From: Octopus vulgaris
Lineage: Eukaryota
NCBI GenBank assembly: GCA_951406725.2
Contig: OX597838.1
Location: 7,998,001-8,062,000, forward strand
DNA length: 64,000 bases
Direction of reading: 5' to 3'
In this document: positions 42,990 to 56,689 of the stretch, piece after piece
Layout of the letters: each line of letters begins with the position of its first letter
Position numbering within the stretch: the stretch's first letter is position 1
Translations under genes and position numbers: made by a program
Notes under the pieces: generated by a model
What the model was told of the DNA's origin: nothing
The model's input: the letters and a program-made list of their open reading frames with translations, nothing else
Databases searched by the model: none

Positions 42990-43144
42990 TATAGAATTTT
43001 CTAATTAAATAGACAATGTACATTTTTATACTTATTCCATTTGCCAACATTACAAAGAGGCTAGATATAAAGAAAAAGAGGTGAATTTCATCATTAGGAA
43101 CATAGTAGTAGAAGGTCCTTCTCCATCTGTAGATTTTTCATCTG

Positions 43145-43212
<68 letters not shown>

Positions 43213-43221
43213 CATATATAT

Positions 43222-43385
43222 ATTCTGAGTTCAAATTCCGCCTAGGTCGACTTTGCATTTCATCCTTTCGGGGTCGATAAATTAAGTACCAGTTACACAC
43301 TGGGGTCGATGTAATCGACTTAATCCCTTTGTTTGTCCTTGTTTGTCCCCTCTATGTTTAGCCTCTTGTGGGCAATAAAGAAATA
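43222..43385 (+). mobile_element. SINE family B, head-truncated
   Basis: Matches the body of 36877-37106. Confidence 0.85.
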
Positions 43386-43394
43386 ATAATGATA

Positions 43395-43444
<50 letters not shown>

Positions 43445-43463
43445 CTTCATCATCATCATTTTA

Positions 43464-43502
<39 letters not shown>

Positions 43503-43517
43503 CAGCAACAGTAGCAG

Positions 43518-43672
<155 letters not shown>

Positions 43673-44242
43673 TACAACATTAGAGAGTAATTTGAGGAGA
43701 GATTTCGTTTCGATATCTCGCAGATAGACTGACCACGGAGACGCGCTTTTTGTTGGCTCCTATACAACACCGAATATGACTTCAAGGCATCATGATGGCG
43801 GATTTCTTTAACCAGAGACCAACTCGTATGTTGTTCTCAACTAGTAATGGCTGAGCTTAGGTCTACACGTAACAGTGAGCGCCGCCATAAAAATAACAGC
43901 AATTTCTGTATACGTTGGATGTTTTATTGTGTGTAATTTGACACAATAACACAAATGTTTCGACAATTTTCACGAATTAGAGTCAGTGTCGGCTTACATT
44001 TATCTGTTGTATGTCGATAAATGGAAAAGTTTTAATATTTTGTGACAGTTTACAAAGAAGAAGAAGAATATGCGGAAAAATGTAACAAAAAAATATTTTT
44101 AAAAAATAAGTAACGGACGAAATATAATAGAAAAAAAAATATTGACGGAAGATGCAAGCGGCGGAATGATGCTTTTAAAAGTTTTGATAAGATAACAGCT
44201 ATTTTTGGCCGTGGCGAGATATGTATTGAAATAAGCATTAAT

Positions 44243-44396
<154 letters not shown>

Positions 44397-44413
44397 CATA
44401 TATATATATGTAA

Positions 44414-44504
<91 letters not shown>

Positions 44505-44735
44505 AAGTTAATCCAAACAAGAAAACACAAAAAAAAAACACACAAAAAAAACACAGCAACGCGAGGACGTGGAACAAATAAAGTATTATTGGACGCTCAG
44601 GAAAGAAGAAGGGAAGAAGGAGGAGGGTTTAACGTTTCGAGCGGAGCTCTTCGTCGGAAACATAGGAGAAGGAAAGATCCCGAGAAGGGAGGACAGAGGG
44701 AAAAAAATCGCTGGCGGTAGTCACGAGGTCACATA
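44505..44735 (-). mobile_element. Hammerhead-bearing short repeat, family H2
   Basis: Homologous to 53610-53780; shares the downstream TCCTGAGCG..AATA motif with family H1; the 3' end abuts (TA)n. Confidence 0.65.
44627..44661 (-). ncRNA. Minimal type I hammerhead-like motif (core CCGACGA, GUU triplet)
   Basis: GUUU-CCGACGA-A-GAGC(UCC)GCUC-GAAAC-GUU-AAAC. Confidence 0.6.
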
Positions 44736-45330
44736 TATATATATATATACATATATATATGACATTTGTGCGAATTTGAGAAACAAATGTTCTCGTGATA
44801 TATTCGTAGAAAGTGAACATGTAAATATGGATATGGGGAAGAAATAGTTGCATAGAGTTTAAAGGCTTGAGAGGGGTGGTGAGTTTTCCAACAATAACCT
44901 GGTAATGATTTAATAGATATAAAAACCTATTTATCACACACAAACACACACGCAGGCGCGAAGAGGAGGCGAGAATAAGAGAGAATAATATTTCACAGGT
45001 TAACCATTTCTTTGCCGTATTTCTGTTGAACTTCGCTACATTTATTTCAATTTATTTTCAAAAAAATATCTAAGAATTAAATAAAGGAATTTTATTATTT
45101 TTAATCCTGTGTTTGGAATATAAATTAGCAAGAAATTCTGACGGAATTATTCTTTTCTTTTTTTTTTTTAGATCTCTTTAACTGTTTAGTTACCATATTT
45201 CTCTTGAAATACACTAACTTAAATTGCAGTTTATTTTTTAAAATAATGAAGAAATTAGTGAATTAAATTTATCATTACTGAGTTGATATTTGGAGAACGA
45301 ATTCAATTTACTCTCTCTCTCTCTTTTACT

Positions 45331-45727
45331 CTTTTACTTGTTTCAGTCATTTGACTGCGGCCATGCTGGAGCACCGCCTTTAATCGAGCAAATCGACCCC
45401 GGGACTTATTCTTTTGTAAGCCCAGTACTTATTCTATCGGTCTCTTTTGCCGAACCGCTAAGTAACGGGGACATAAATACACCATCATCGGTTGTCAAGC
45501 AATGCTAGGGGGACAAACACAGACACACAAACATATACACACACATACATATATATATACATATATACGACGGGCTTCTTTCAGTTTCTGTCTACCAAAT
45601 CCACTCACAAGGCTTTGGTCGGCCCGAGACTATAGTAGAAGACACTTGCCCAAGGTGCCACGCAGTGGGACTGAACCCGGGACCATGTGGTTGGTAAGCA
45701 AGTTACTTACCACACAGCCACTCCTAC
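45331..45727 (-). mobile_element. SINE family A, full length
   Basis: Close match to 9801-10200. Confidence 0.9.
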
Positions 45728-46133
45728 ACAATTTAGCTCACTTTAAAACCGTATGTTTGTATCATAGAATCGGAAGTGGTCTGGTGGAGGGGTAGAATAA
45801 ACAGGGTACGTATCACTGAATTCTTCACATGTATCGTTAACACTAATTGGTGTATGAAAAGGAAACCTATTCATGGTCAATCGAACTGTAAAAAATAACA
45901 GTCAAAATATCCTTCAAACAATGTCCTGCTGTCTCATAAAAGACACACAGGTGTTAATCTTGACGTAGACCACAAGAATATCTCTGCTCAAAGAGCTACT
46001 AGTGAGTGGCTTCATAACTAAAATGGTATCTTTAAAGTTAATAACAATATTATTTACCTGACCCCCTAAGTCGAGCAGACATATGAAGAATAGATTCATT
46101 CGGTGGCCTCTTCTCGTTGTTTGTCCTGACAGT

Positions 46134-46470
46134 ATCGACTTTGCCTTTCATCCTTTCGGGGTCGATAAATTAAGTACCAGTCACATACTGGAGTCGATGT
46201 AATCTTCTTAATACCTATGTCTGTCCTTGTTTGTCCCCTCCATGCTTAGCCCCTTGTGGGTAATAAAGAAATAAGTATATATTTCAAATTACATTAGCAA
46301 ACGTATACACCATTTGATGATAAATTATTAGATTTAAATCTTGATACATGGGCAACAATTTCGACGGAGGGGCAAGTCGATTAAATCGACCCCAGAGCTC
46401 GACCCCGAAAGGACGAATAGCAAAATCGGCCTTGGCGGAATTTGAACCCAGAGCATAAAGACGGACAAAC
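46134..46470. mobile_element. Inverted (tail-to-tail) pair of SINE family B fragments
   Basis: + copy at 46134-46273; - copy at about 46335-46470. Confidence 0.75.
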
Positions 46471-46598
46471 TTTGGCAATTTCACTTCGAATCTCACACAA
46501 GCTTCATCAGTTTAGAAATACATATATACGTATATACTCATATAGATATAGAAGATGATGTATATTTAGACACAAGCACGTATATATAAATGCATGCA

Positions 46599-46677
<79 letters not shown>

Positions 46678-46745
46678 GTGTGTATATATATGTATATATA
46701 TATATGCATATATATGCATATATATATGTATATGTATATATGTAT

Positions 46746-46790
<45 letters not shown>

Positions 46791-47020
46791 TATGCATATT
46801 ATACACACAGACACACACATGCACAAATATTTGCTTAATCTTTGAATGTCAAATGCCAAAAATGAATTATCAAATGATGCAGTGTTTATCTCCCTTTCCG
46901 TTGTCTGTAATATAATCTATCCAAATATAGATGGCAGCATTGCATTCTAGTCTTATCCATTCTTTCCCTCTCTATCTCTCTAACTGCCCCCACCTTTTTC
47001 TCTATCCTTATCTTGTTTAT

Positions 47021-47098
<78 letters not shown>

Positions 47099-47113
47099 GT
47101 ATGTGTATATATA

Positions 47114-47180
<67 letters not shown>

Positions 47181-47238
47181 CTATATATGTATATATGTAT
47201 ATATATATACGTATGTACATAAACATATCTATATACAT

Positions 47239-47273
<35 letters not shown>

Positions 47274-48011
47274 CATACAAGTATGTGTATGTGTGTATGT
47301 ATGCATATTATATTTATATGTATATATACAAATATATATATATAGCTTATTCATGTGTTTCACTCACCATACGTTATTAGCCCACTTAACACATACTAAA
47401 ACCCAACACTCCAGCCATGACACTCCCACCTCCACATTTATGGGAAAACAACCGGCAAACAAACTTTAAAAATGTCTAGAACAAAGAAGAAAAATAATAG
47501 AAAAACAAGCACAACAGCCGACTTGCCATCCCCTTTCCAATTGCCAAAGAAACAAGGGAGTTAATGAGCCCCTAATGAGATAGGTGGCGGTAGGGTAGAG
47601 TAGAGGAAGTAGTAGACGGTTTAGAAGACTAATGGTTGTATGAGGGAGAGGAGAGGGGAATAATAAGGCGGGAGCGGGGAATAGTCAAATGGCGATGAAA
47701 AGGAGGAAATTTATGAAGTTAGATCATAAACGTCAAAGAGACATAACAATCCACCCTACCACCGCCACCGCCACCACCACCACCCCCCGCCGCCGCCGCC
47801 ACCACCACCACCGCCACCAGCCTCACAATTATCGTCACCAGCAGCAGCAGCAGCAGCAACAACAACACAACAGGAACTACAGCCCACGTTGTCTGTGTGT
47901 GTGTTTGTGTGCGTATGTGTGTGTATTTATATGTATACACGCACACACATATATTTATAGATAAATATACACGCACAAACATACATACACACACATATAT
48001 ATGTATATATT

Positions 48012-48439
48012 TGTGTCTGTGTCTGACCCCTTGTCCCCCCACCCCCACCACCATCGCTTGACAATTGGTGTTGATGTGCTTACGTCACCGTAACTTAACG
48101 GTTCGGCAAAAGAGATCGATAGAATAAGTATTAGGCACACAAAGAATAAGTCCTGAGGTCGATTTCTTCGCTTAAAAAACCTTTTAAATCGTTGCTCCTG
48201 CATGGCCGTAATCAAATGACCGAAAGTTTTTTTTTGGTGGGTGGGGAGCCAGTCGATTAGATCGATTCTGAGTATGTAACTGGCACTTGATTTATCAACC
48301 CAGAAAGGATGAAAGGCAAAGTCGACCTCGGCGGAATTTGAACTCAGAACGTAAAGACGAACGAAATACCGCTATGCATTTCGCCCAACGTTTTTAGCCT
48401 CTCGCTCAACGTGCTAACGTTTCTGCCAGCTCCCCGCCT
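48012..48439. mobile_element. SINE A 3' half (+, 48012-48225) followed by SINE B (-, 48248-48439)
   Basis: Matches to the family copies elsewhere in the window. Confidence 0.8.
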
Positions 48440-48634
48440 TACGGCACTGGATGATTATGCAAGCGAAATATATGGCCAACTGCAGGTAAGAAGTGGCACT
48501 GAGGGAACCGAAACTTTGATTACATATACAAGTTTGTACATACATACATACATACATACATACATACATACATACATACATACATACATCTCCCCTACTG
48601 TCCCTCTCGCGTCTGACCACTGTCCGAAGTCAGG

Positions 48635-48818
48635 ACGCCATGATAGATCGTTAGCTCCTACACACATTTTTTCTCTCCTTGTTTCTTTCTGTGTTCCTTT
48701 CTATAGAAGATCGTAGGCTCGAAACGTAAAAGACTTTTTCTATTCCTGAGCGCAATACTAATACATTTGTTTGTACTCCACCTGCCTTCGTCTTTTGTTT
48801 ATTTTCGTAAACTTTCCC

Positions 48819-48820
<2 letters not shown>
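48635..48820 (+). mobile_element. Hammerhead-bearing repeat family H1 with a mutated motif at 48693-48734
   Basis: CTTT CTATAGA A GATC GTAG GCTC GAAAC GTA AAAG; the 3' end abuts (CATA)n. Confidence 0.7.
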
Positions 48821-48858
<38 letters not shown>

Positions 48859-48914
48859 CACACACACACATACATACATACATACATACATACATACATA
48901 CATACATACATACA

Positions 48915-48948
<34 letters not shown>

Positions 48949-49270
48949 CATACATACATATGCATATATAAATCCACCCACATATCAGGCATTAAATAGA
49001 TCTCATTTGCGTGTTTTATCTCTTTTTTTATTTATTTCTACCCTTGATTCCCAACGCTTTCACTTTCTGAAAAGCTGCCCGTGACTCATTTACACCGTTG
49101 GTGCTTGACAATCGTTTGTACCGCACATCACCTGTAAGGAGGCACCGCTGCGTGATGGGCCGAAACGATCGTAGTGGATGCGATTAAATAGTTGCCTCAA
49201 TTCCATTTTCTATCTCTCATATGTTGTTACATGTAAATGCATATATATGTGTGTGTGTATGTGTATGTGT

Positions 49271-49319
<49 letters not shown>

Positions 49320-50448
49320 TGTGTGTGTGTGTGAAAAAATGTATAGAAATGACTTTTCTGATAATTTTTTCCAAATTGTTAAAGTGGGAAAATTATCAAG
49401 AAAGCCATTTCTATCCATATTTTTTTTTCAAATATATAATACTATACCAAGGATTTTCTATGTCATATTCTACTCTGTGTGTGTGTATGTGTGTGTGTGT
49501 GTGTTGGTGTGTGTGTGTGTGTGTGTGCATGTGTATGTGCATGTGTGTGTGATTGTGTGACGTAGCAAGGTCATATTTTCTCGAGGGTGAGATATCGCCA
49601 GCAGATCATCAAATACATGTTTGAGTCGAGCGTGATGGAGTATGAGGAAATGACAAGATATATTAAAGTGAGGAGGAGAAAGAGGTGGGGGAAGAGGGGT
49701 TTACAGTGATAAACAGAGATGGAGACGGGGGGGAGGAGGAAGAAAGAACCCGGTGAGACGGGGGGGGGGGGAGAAAAAAAGGCAAAGAAACATATAGAGA
49801 GATAAGAGAATTAAGGTGTAAAGAGAAAGAGAGAAACATAAAAATGGCTGAAAAAGATGACAGAATTGAGAGAAATATACAGACATAACAGTTGTCATTA
49901 TGTCAGATAGCCTGACATGAATAGACATATATGAGCGCGCGTGCGTGTGTGTGCGCATGCGTGTATGCGTGTGCGTGTTTATGGATGTGTGTATGTGTGT
50001 GTATGAGTGCCTGTGTGTGTTTGTGTGTTTGTACTTATATTATATAAGATAAATAGATAGGCAGATAGATATACATGTATTATATAATATGGATATATGT
50101 ATTTATATATGTATGTGTGTGTGTATGTGTGTGAGTGTGTTTGTGTAGCTGAGTGTTTGTGTGTGTGTATGTGTGTGTGTGTGTGTAATATATGCATATA
50201 TCATTTACGGTAAATCTCAAAGTGGATACGGCGTATAATATATTAGGTTAAAAATACCCTCTGATGGAAAAAGGTCGAAGGCTACGTATGGGACACGACC
50301 CTACATCTTATGTGTGCGTACATATGTACATACATCAACGCATCCAGACCCCACTCTACACACACACACACACATATATATACACATATATACATATATA
50401 TATATATATGTATATATATATACATATATATATATATTTATATATATA

Positions 50449-50534
<86 letters not shown>

Positions 50535-52058
50535 TATATACTGATAATTATTCGGAGTCTGCTCCGTTTCTTTCTCTCTCTCTCTCTCTCCTTCTTCCTC
50601 TACCTCTTCTCGTCTTACTCTTCTTGTTCTTTCCTTTTTTTCTTTATCTTCTTTATATTGTTGTTTTTTCTTCTTCTTCATCTTCGTTCTTCTACTTTCT
50701 TTTTCTTTTTCCTTTTTCTTCTACTCCTTCTTCCTTCACCTTTTGAATCTCTATGAAGAGAGTGCAATGGAATAACAGAATATTAAAACACGAACAAGCA
50801 AGCGAACAGCATGAACGGCAACATCAACAACAATCAACAACAACATGAACAACAAACAACAACAACAAACAACAACAACAACAGTAACAACAACGACAAC
50901 ACCTACAGAATCATCAATAACAAAACAAAACACAGCACAACAACAAACACGCCGTCATCAATATTAACAACACCAACACCAACAACAACAACAGCTACAA
51001 CGAAGGCAAAGTGAAACGTCAACATCAACAACAACAACAACAACAACAAGAGGAATAAATACACCAAAGCAACTAACGAAAAACGAAAAAAAACAAAAAA
51101 AAACCTGAAACGAAAAAAAGCGAAAAAAAAAAACAGAAAAACAAAAACAAATAACAACAAAATAAAAAAAAAAATCAAATTTTTGTAATTAGAATTTTTC
51201 AAAGAAACGCAATTATTGACGGAAGGAAAGTGAATTATTTCTAATAATGTTATGGCCGTCAATTGAATCAATGATGGCGTGCCTGATATCGCGAGAGGAT
51301 ATCTGGAAAACGGAAATGCTGCTTGACAGTTAAGTGAATAACTAGGACGGGAACAAATTAAATGAACAAATACTGAGCTAACATCAAAGTAGTCTTGCTG
51401 CTGCTGCTACGGCTGCTGCTGCTGCTACGGCTGCTGCTGCTGCGGCTGCTGCTGCTGCTGCTTGATAAAGGCTGCATAAAACGCCATGTTTTTCTCTCTC
51501 TCTGTGTTTGTATGTATGTATGTATGTATGTATGTATGTATGTATGTATGTATGTATGTATGTATTATGTATGTATGTATGTTTGTATGTATGTATGTAT
51601 GTTTGTATGTATGAATGTATATATGTATGTGTGTATGTATGTATGTATGTATGTATGTATGTATGTGTGTATGTGTGTATACATGTATGTATGTATCTAT
51701 GTATGTATGTATGTATGTATTATGTATGTGTGAGTCTGTATGAATGTATGTATGTATGTATGTATGTATGTGTGTATGTATACATGTATGTATGTATGTA
51801 TGTATGTATGTATTATGTATGTGTGAGTCTGTATGTATGTATGTATGTATGTATGTTTGTGTATATGGGCGTATCTCCGTGGTGTTGAGTATAGAAATGT
51901 AATGTAATATATGTATGTACGTAATCGAAGTACGAATGTATGGTGTTTGTATAAAGTGTACGTATATATTTACTCAGGTGTGTGAATAAATGTACAAATG
52001 CGTATATATAAACACATATATACATGTGCATGTATGTATACTTGTGCATGTATGTGTA

Positions 52059-52098
<40 letters not shown>

Positions 52099-52239
52099 GG
52101 TATATATGTATGTGTACCTGTCTGACAGTGTGCAACGGTATGTATGTTGTATTACAGCGTATGTTTAAATATTTATCTACGTACGTTTGTCTGTATGAGT
52201 ATATACATACATACATATATATATATGTATATGTATATG

Positions 52240-52337
<98 letters not shown>

Positions 52338-52374
52338 ATGCATGTGTATGTATGTATGTCTGCATGTGTCTCGC

Positions 52375-52414
<40 letters not shown>

Positions 52415-52720
52415 CGTGCATTCAATGACGATCAATTTAGATTGTGTGAATGTATACGTTCACATAAATGTATGTGTATACATGTATCTGTACACTTAAT
52501 TCCCTTGTGTGTGTGTTCGAATAAAGATGTGTCGAAACACGTGCATGTGTATATATGTATTTATATGTATGTATCTCGCAGTTTGTGCTCCAGTATTTGC
52601 CTAAAATATGAACGTATATCATCTTAATAAGTGGTTGTCTAAGTATGAATGTGTGTATGTGCGTGTGTGTGATACTATGTGAATTTTAGTGTAGATGTAT
52701 GTTTGTACAATAGCGTCGAA

Positions 52721-52769
<49 letters not shown>

Positions 52770-53026
52770 AGTGTGTGTGTGTGAACATGTACTTTTATGC
52801 TATCCCCAATTACATCTCCTCAATCAACATTCACACCAGAAACACATAATTATACACATCCTAGAACGAGAGCGCATGCGTGTATTCATAGACCGGCGTA
52901 CATTTCAAAATGGTTAAATAAACTCCCCGATTACATAACTACACACAAACATACACACACTCACACACTCACACACACACACACACACTCACACTCACAC
53001 ACACTCACACACACACATAAATATAT

Positions 53027-53187
53027 AGGCGCAGGAGTGGCTGTGTGGCAGCTCGCTTCCCAACCCCATGGTCGCGGGTTCAGTTCCGTTCCGTGGCGCC
53101 TTGGTTATATGTCTTCTACTATAGCATCGGGCCAACCAAAGCTTTCTGAGAGGATTTGGCTGAAGGAAACTGGAAGAAGCCCGTCGT
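53027..53187 (+). mobile_element. SINE family A head, diverged
   Basis: AGGCGCAGGAGTGGCTGTGTGG...GAAGCCCGTCG. Confidence 0.8.
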
Positions 53188-53236
53188 ATATATGTAAATA
53201 TGAGTGCGTGTATGTATGTGTGTATGTGTGTGTGAC

Positions 53237-53273
<37 letters not shown>

Positions 53274-53274
53274 G

Positions 53275-53327
<53 letters not shown>

Positions 53328-53609
53328 ATGTATATATATATATATATACACACGCACACATATGCAACTATATCAAAACACAGGCATGAAAGAACGAGAT
53401 ATTGCCATACATACATACACATATATATATACGTGTGAGAGACTCTTTGCGCGTGTGTCTGTATGTATGTGTGTGCGTGTTTAAAAGCATGTGTACACAT
53501 ACTCCTACACACGTGTCGGAACCTGGTATTATCAAACATAATTATGCAGAGATGCAGAAACTGTCAAACATACTAAACAGCATATAACGATATGCGTAAC
53601 TGCATACAT

Positions 53610-53780
53610 GGAACAACACGCGGTCCGTTGGCGATTTCATCTCTCCTCCTTCTTTCGAAATTTCCCTCTCTCCACTCCGACGAAGAGCTATACTCGAAAC
53701 TTTAAACTCTAACCTACTTCTTCAGCACGTCCTCACGTTTGTTGTTTTTCTTTTATTTTTTATTCATTTCTTTGAACAGG
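53610..53780 (+). mobile_element. Hammerhead-bearing repeat family H2, degenerate motif at about 53673-53707
   Basis: CCGACGA A GAG CTATA CTC GAAAC TTT AAAC; CACGTCCTC.CGTT downstream matches the 44.5 kb copy. Confidence 0.6.
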
Positions 53781-53782
53781 CA

Positions 53783-53814
<32 letters not shown>

Positions 53815-53836
53815 ATACACACACAGACAGACACAC

Positions 53837-53869
<33 letters not shown>

Positions 53870-53870
<1 letters not shown>

Positions 53871-54046
53871 GGGGTGGTGATCCCTGCTGTACTCTTTCAC
53901 CACTTTTTCTCCCACTCTTTCTTCTGTTGGCCTGCTCGCTTAGCCAGCGGGGTGGCGTCATTCGAAGGCTAAAACAATGCGAACGCATTGTGATCAGCGA
54001 TGTGTAACAACATCTGACGGTCTGGTCGGTCACGTGATCACGTGAT
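53870..54046 (+). mobile_element. SINE family C-related 3' portion with an alternative tail
   Basis: GGGGTGGTGATCCCTGCTGTACTCTTTCACCAC is identical to the family C body at 23.7 kb; ends TCACGTGATCACGTGA. Confidence 0.65.
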
Positions 54047-54072
54047 ATATATATATATACATACATATATAC

Positions 54073-54330
54073 ACAGGGTGCGATGGATAAATTGTCGCCA
54101 TCTTATACTTTTAATTTTGGGCGTGCACATTGTTTTGTGATTTTGTCGACGACAGAGTATAGTAGGGTTAGTTGAGCATCGTCTGTGACAAAAACAGCAC
54201 CATGACGCAATTCACTCTGCACAAATTTTGAAACGATATTCTGTACTGCTAGGCATTTGCGCCGGACGCTCTAATACGAACATTTCAGAATGTTTGGTAT
54301 CAACCTAAGGACAGTGCAACCCGAGGAAAT
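54073..54330 (+). mobile_element. Tc1/mariner-superfamily left-end fragment with decayed N-terminal HTH
   Basis: Begins CAGGGTG; encodes MTQFTL...VLLGICAGRSNTNISECL.INLRTVQ. Confidence 0.5.
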
Positions 54331-54420
54331 GTGCCGAGAGTGATAAAAATCAAACAGCAAGTTTAGATCATGACGTTCGGAGTGATCCTGTGTGATGGCA
54401 ACGTTATGCTTCCATTCACA

Positions 54421-54518
<98 letters not shown>

Positions 54519-54553
54519 AAGAAGCCCGTCGTATATATATATATATATATATA

Positions 54554-54717
54554 CGACGGGCTTCTTTCAGTTTCCGTTTACCAAATCCGCTCACAGGACG
54601 TTAGTTGTCTCGAGGCTATAGTAGAAGACACTTGCTCAAGGTGCCATGCAGTGGAACTGAACGTGGGACAATGTGGTTGGAAAGCAAGCTACTTACCACA
54701 CAACCACACCTGCGCCT
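54554..54717 (-). mobile_element. SINE family A head, with an inverted 20-bp duplication at 54512-54531
   Basis: Direct match; forms a perfect 62-bp palindrome at 54512-54573. Confidence 0.85.
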
Positions 54718-55689
54718 ATATATATGTGTGTGTATGTGTGTGTGTGTGTGTGTGTGTATACAGAGAGAGAGAGAGAGAGAGAGAGGAAGATAGATAGGTA
54801 GACAAACAGCTGGATATAAAGACAGTGAGACAGACAGACAGAGAGATAGACAGATAGATTGATAGATAGAGAAACAAACAGATATTTGTAAGCGTTCATA
54901 TGCATACATATACACGCATACACATTTGCATAAATATATGTATATATATAATGTATAGATACACACACATACATACACACACACGTATATACGTATGTAT
55001 ATTTTTCGCAAGCATGCATACATACCTACTTCAATATATGAAAGCAATGACTCAAGTTGAAAGCATTCAAGTGCTAAGTCGGACAGTTGTTGTTTGCCAA
55101 AGTAACTGGTGAACGTGGAAATCTTCATTGTAGGAGACACATATCCTCCATGATAAACCTGCGCCATATTGACAAATCCACTCCAATTACTTGTCTGAAA
55201 AATTCGATTATCTTGGCTCATCAGTAGCTTTTGTTTTGGGCCTTTTTTTTTGTTTTTCGCTCTCTGATTCTTATCGTTTATATTATTCATTTATTTTCCT
55301 TTGATTAGAGGCTAATAGTACAGTATCTCTTATCGCTTCATTCCGGCAATGATACAGATAAGCTTAATACGAGAAATAAGGAGATGAAAAAGAAAAAAGA
55401 AATCTATCTCAAACGAACTTTGAAGCTAAGAAGAAGAAGAAGAATTTTAAAAAAATGAAAATGGCAACACTAATCATGATTACTTATATAGGTAGGTATC
55501 AAGCCACCATAAATATTGTGGAAAGGAGGACTGGAAGGTATTTCAATTAATTGACCCCGTTATTTCACTAATACCTAATGTACCGACCCCTGCAGGAGCG
55601 AAGGTAACGTAAAGGGACATAACTAAATAGTGCAAAGCGTTTTATCTAATGGTATATTATGTCTGCCAAGGAGTAGACGAGTAAACTGT

Positions 55690-55736
<47 letters not shown>

Positions 55737-55753
55737 GCTGCTGCTGCTGCTGC

Positions 55754-55796
<43 letters not shown>

Positions 55797-55822
55797 GATG
55801 ATGATGGTGATGATGGTGATGG

Positions 55823-55873
<51 letters not shown>

Positions 55874-56689
55874 CGACGATGACGATGATGATGATAATGA
55901 TGATGATGATGACAATGACGATGATGATGGTGATGGTGATGGTGATGATGATGGTGATGATGATGGTGATGATGACTATGATGATGACGACGACGACGAC
56001 AACGACGACGACAACGACGACGACGATGATGATGATGATTTTGGTGCGAAGCAGTTCTATGATTCAAAGGTGTTCCAACCGGAAGTGATCCCGTCTAAGT
56101 TCCTAGCTATTTTATCTAATCTGTCTTTCAATTCTTCAAGTCCTTCAAGTGTGCGTCGATTTGTGATTTTTACGATTATACTGGCTGCTATGTCTGACTG
56201 ACTGATTGATCGCTAATTTACCATCTCTCGTGTGACCTGGTGTAAGGAATAGCATTTGTGCAATGCTACTAAATTCGTCAGAAGAATCATGATTGATGAT
56301 TATTTTGTTGGGTTCCTGAACAAAGAAAGTCAAATCTAAATTCTGATGAGTTTTGAACGCAGAGACGTAAAAGAAGCATAATTAAATACCACCATGTATT
56401 CTGCCCGATGCTCCACCAATTACATCGAAGAGAATCAAGAGAATGATTAACAAGTCAGTCTTCATGCAAAAGCCTGACCGTCTGGATGTTGGGAACCACA
56501 AAGCCGAATACGCCCACTGGCGCGCTACAGATCATGGTTGATGGGGGTTGCCTCCGTGATCACGCTTCTGTTTGAATAGGCCTACCCTTGAGAAACAGAT
56601 ACAACCAACTGGTCACACGACGTAGACTGTTTTAGGTCCTTTTCATGGTTCCTTTCTTCTATATATTTACCGGCGCATTTCAACTCAGT

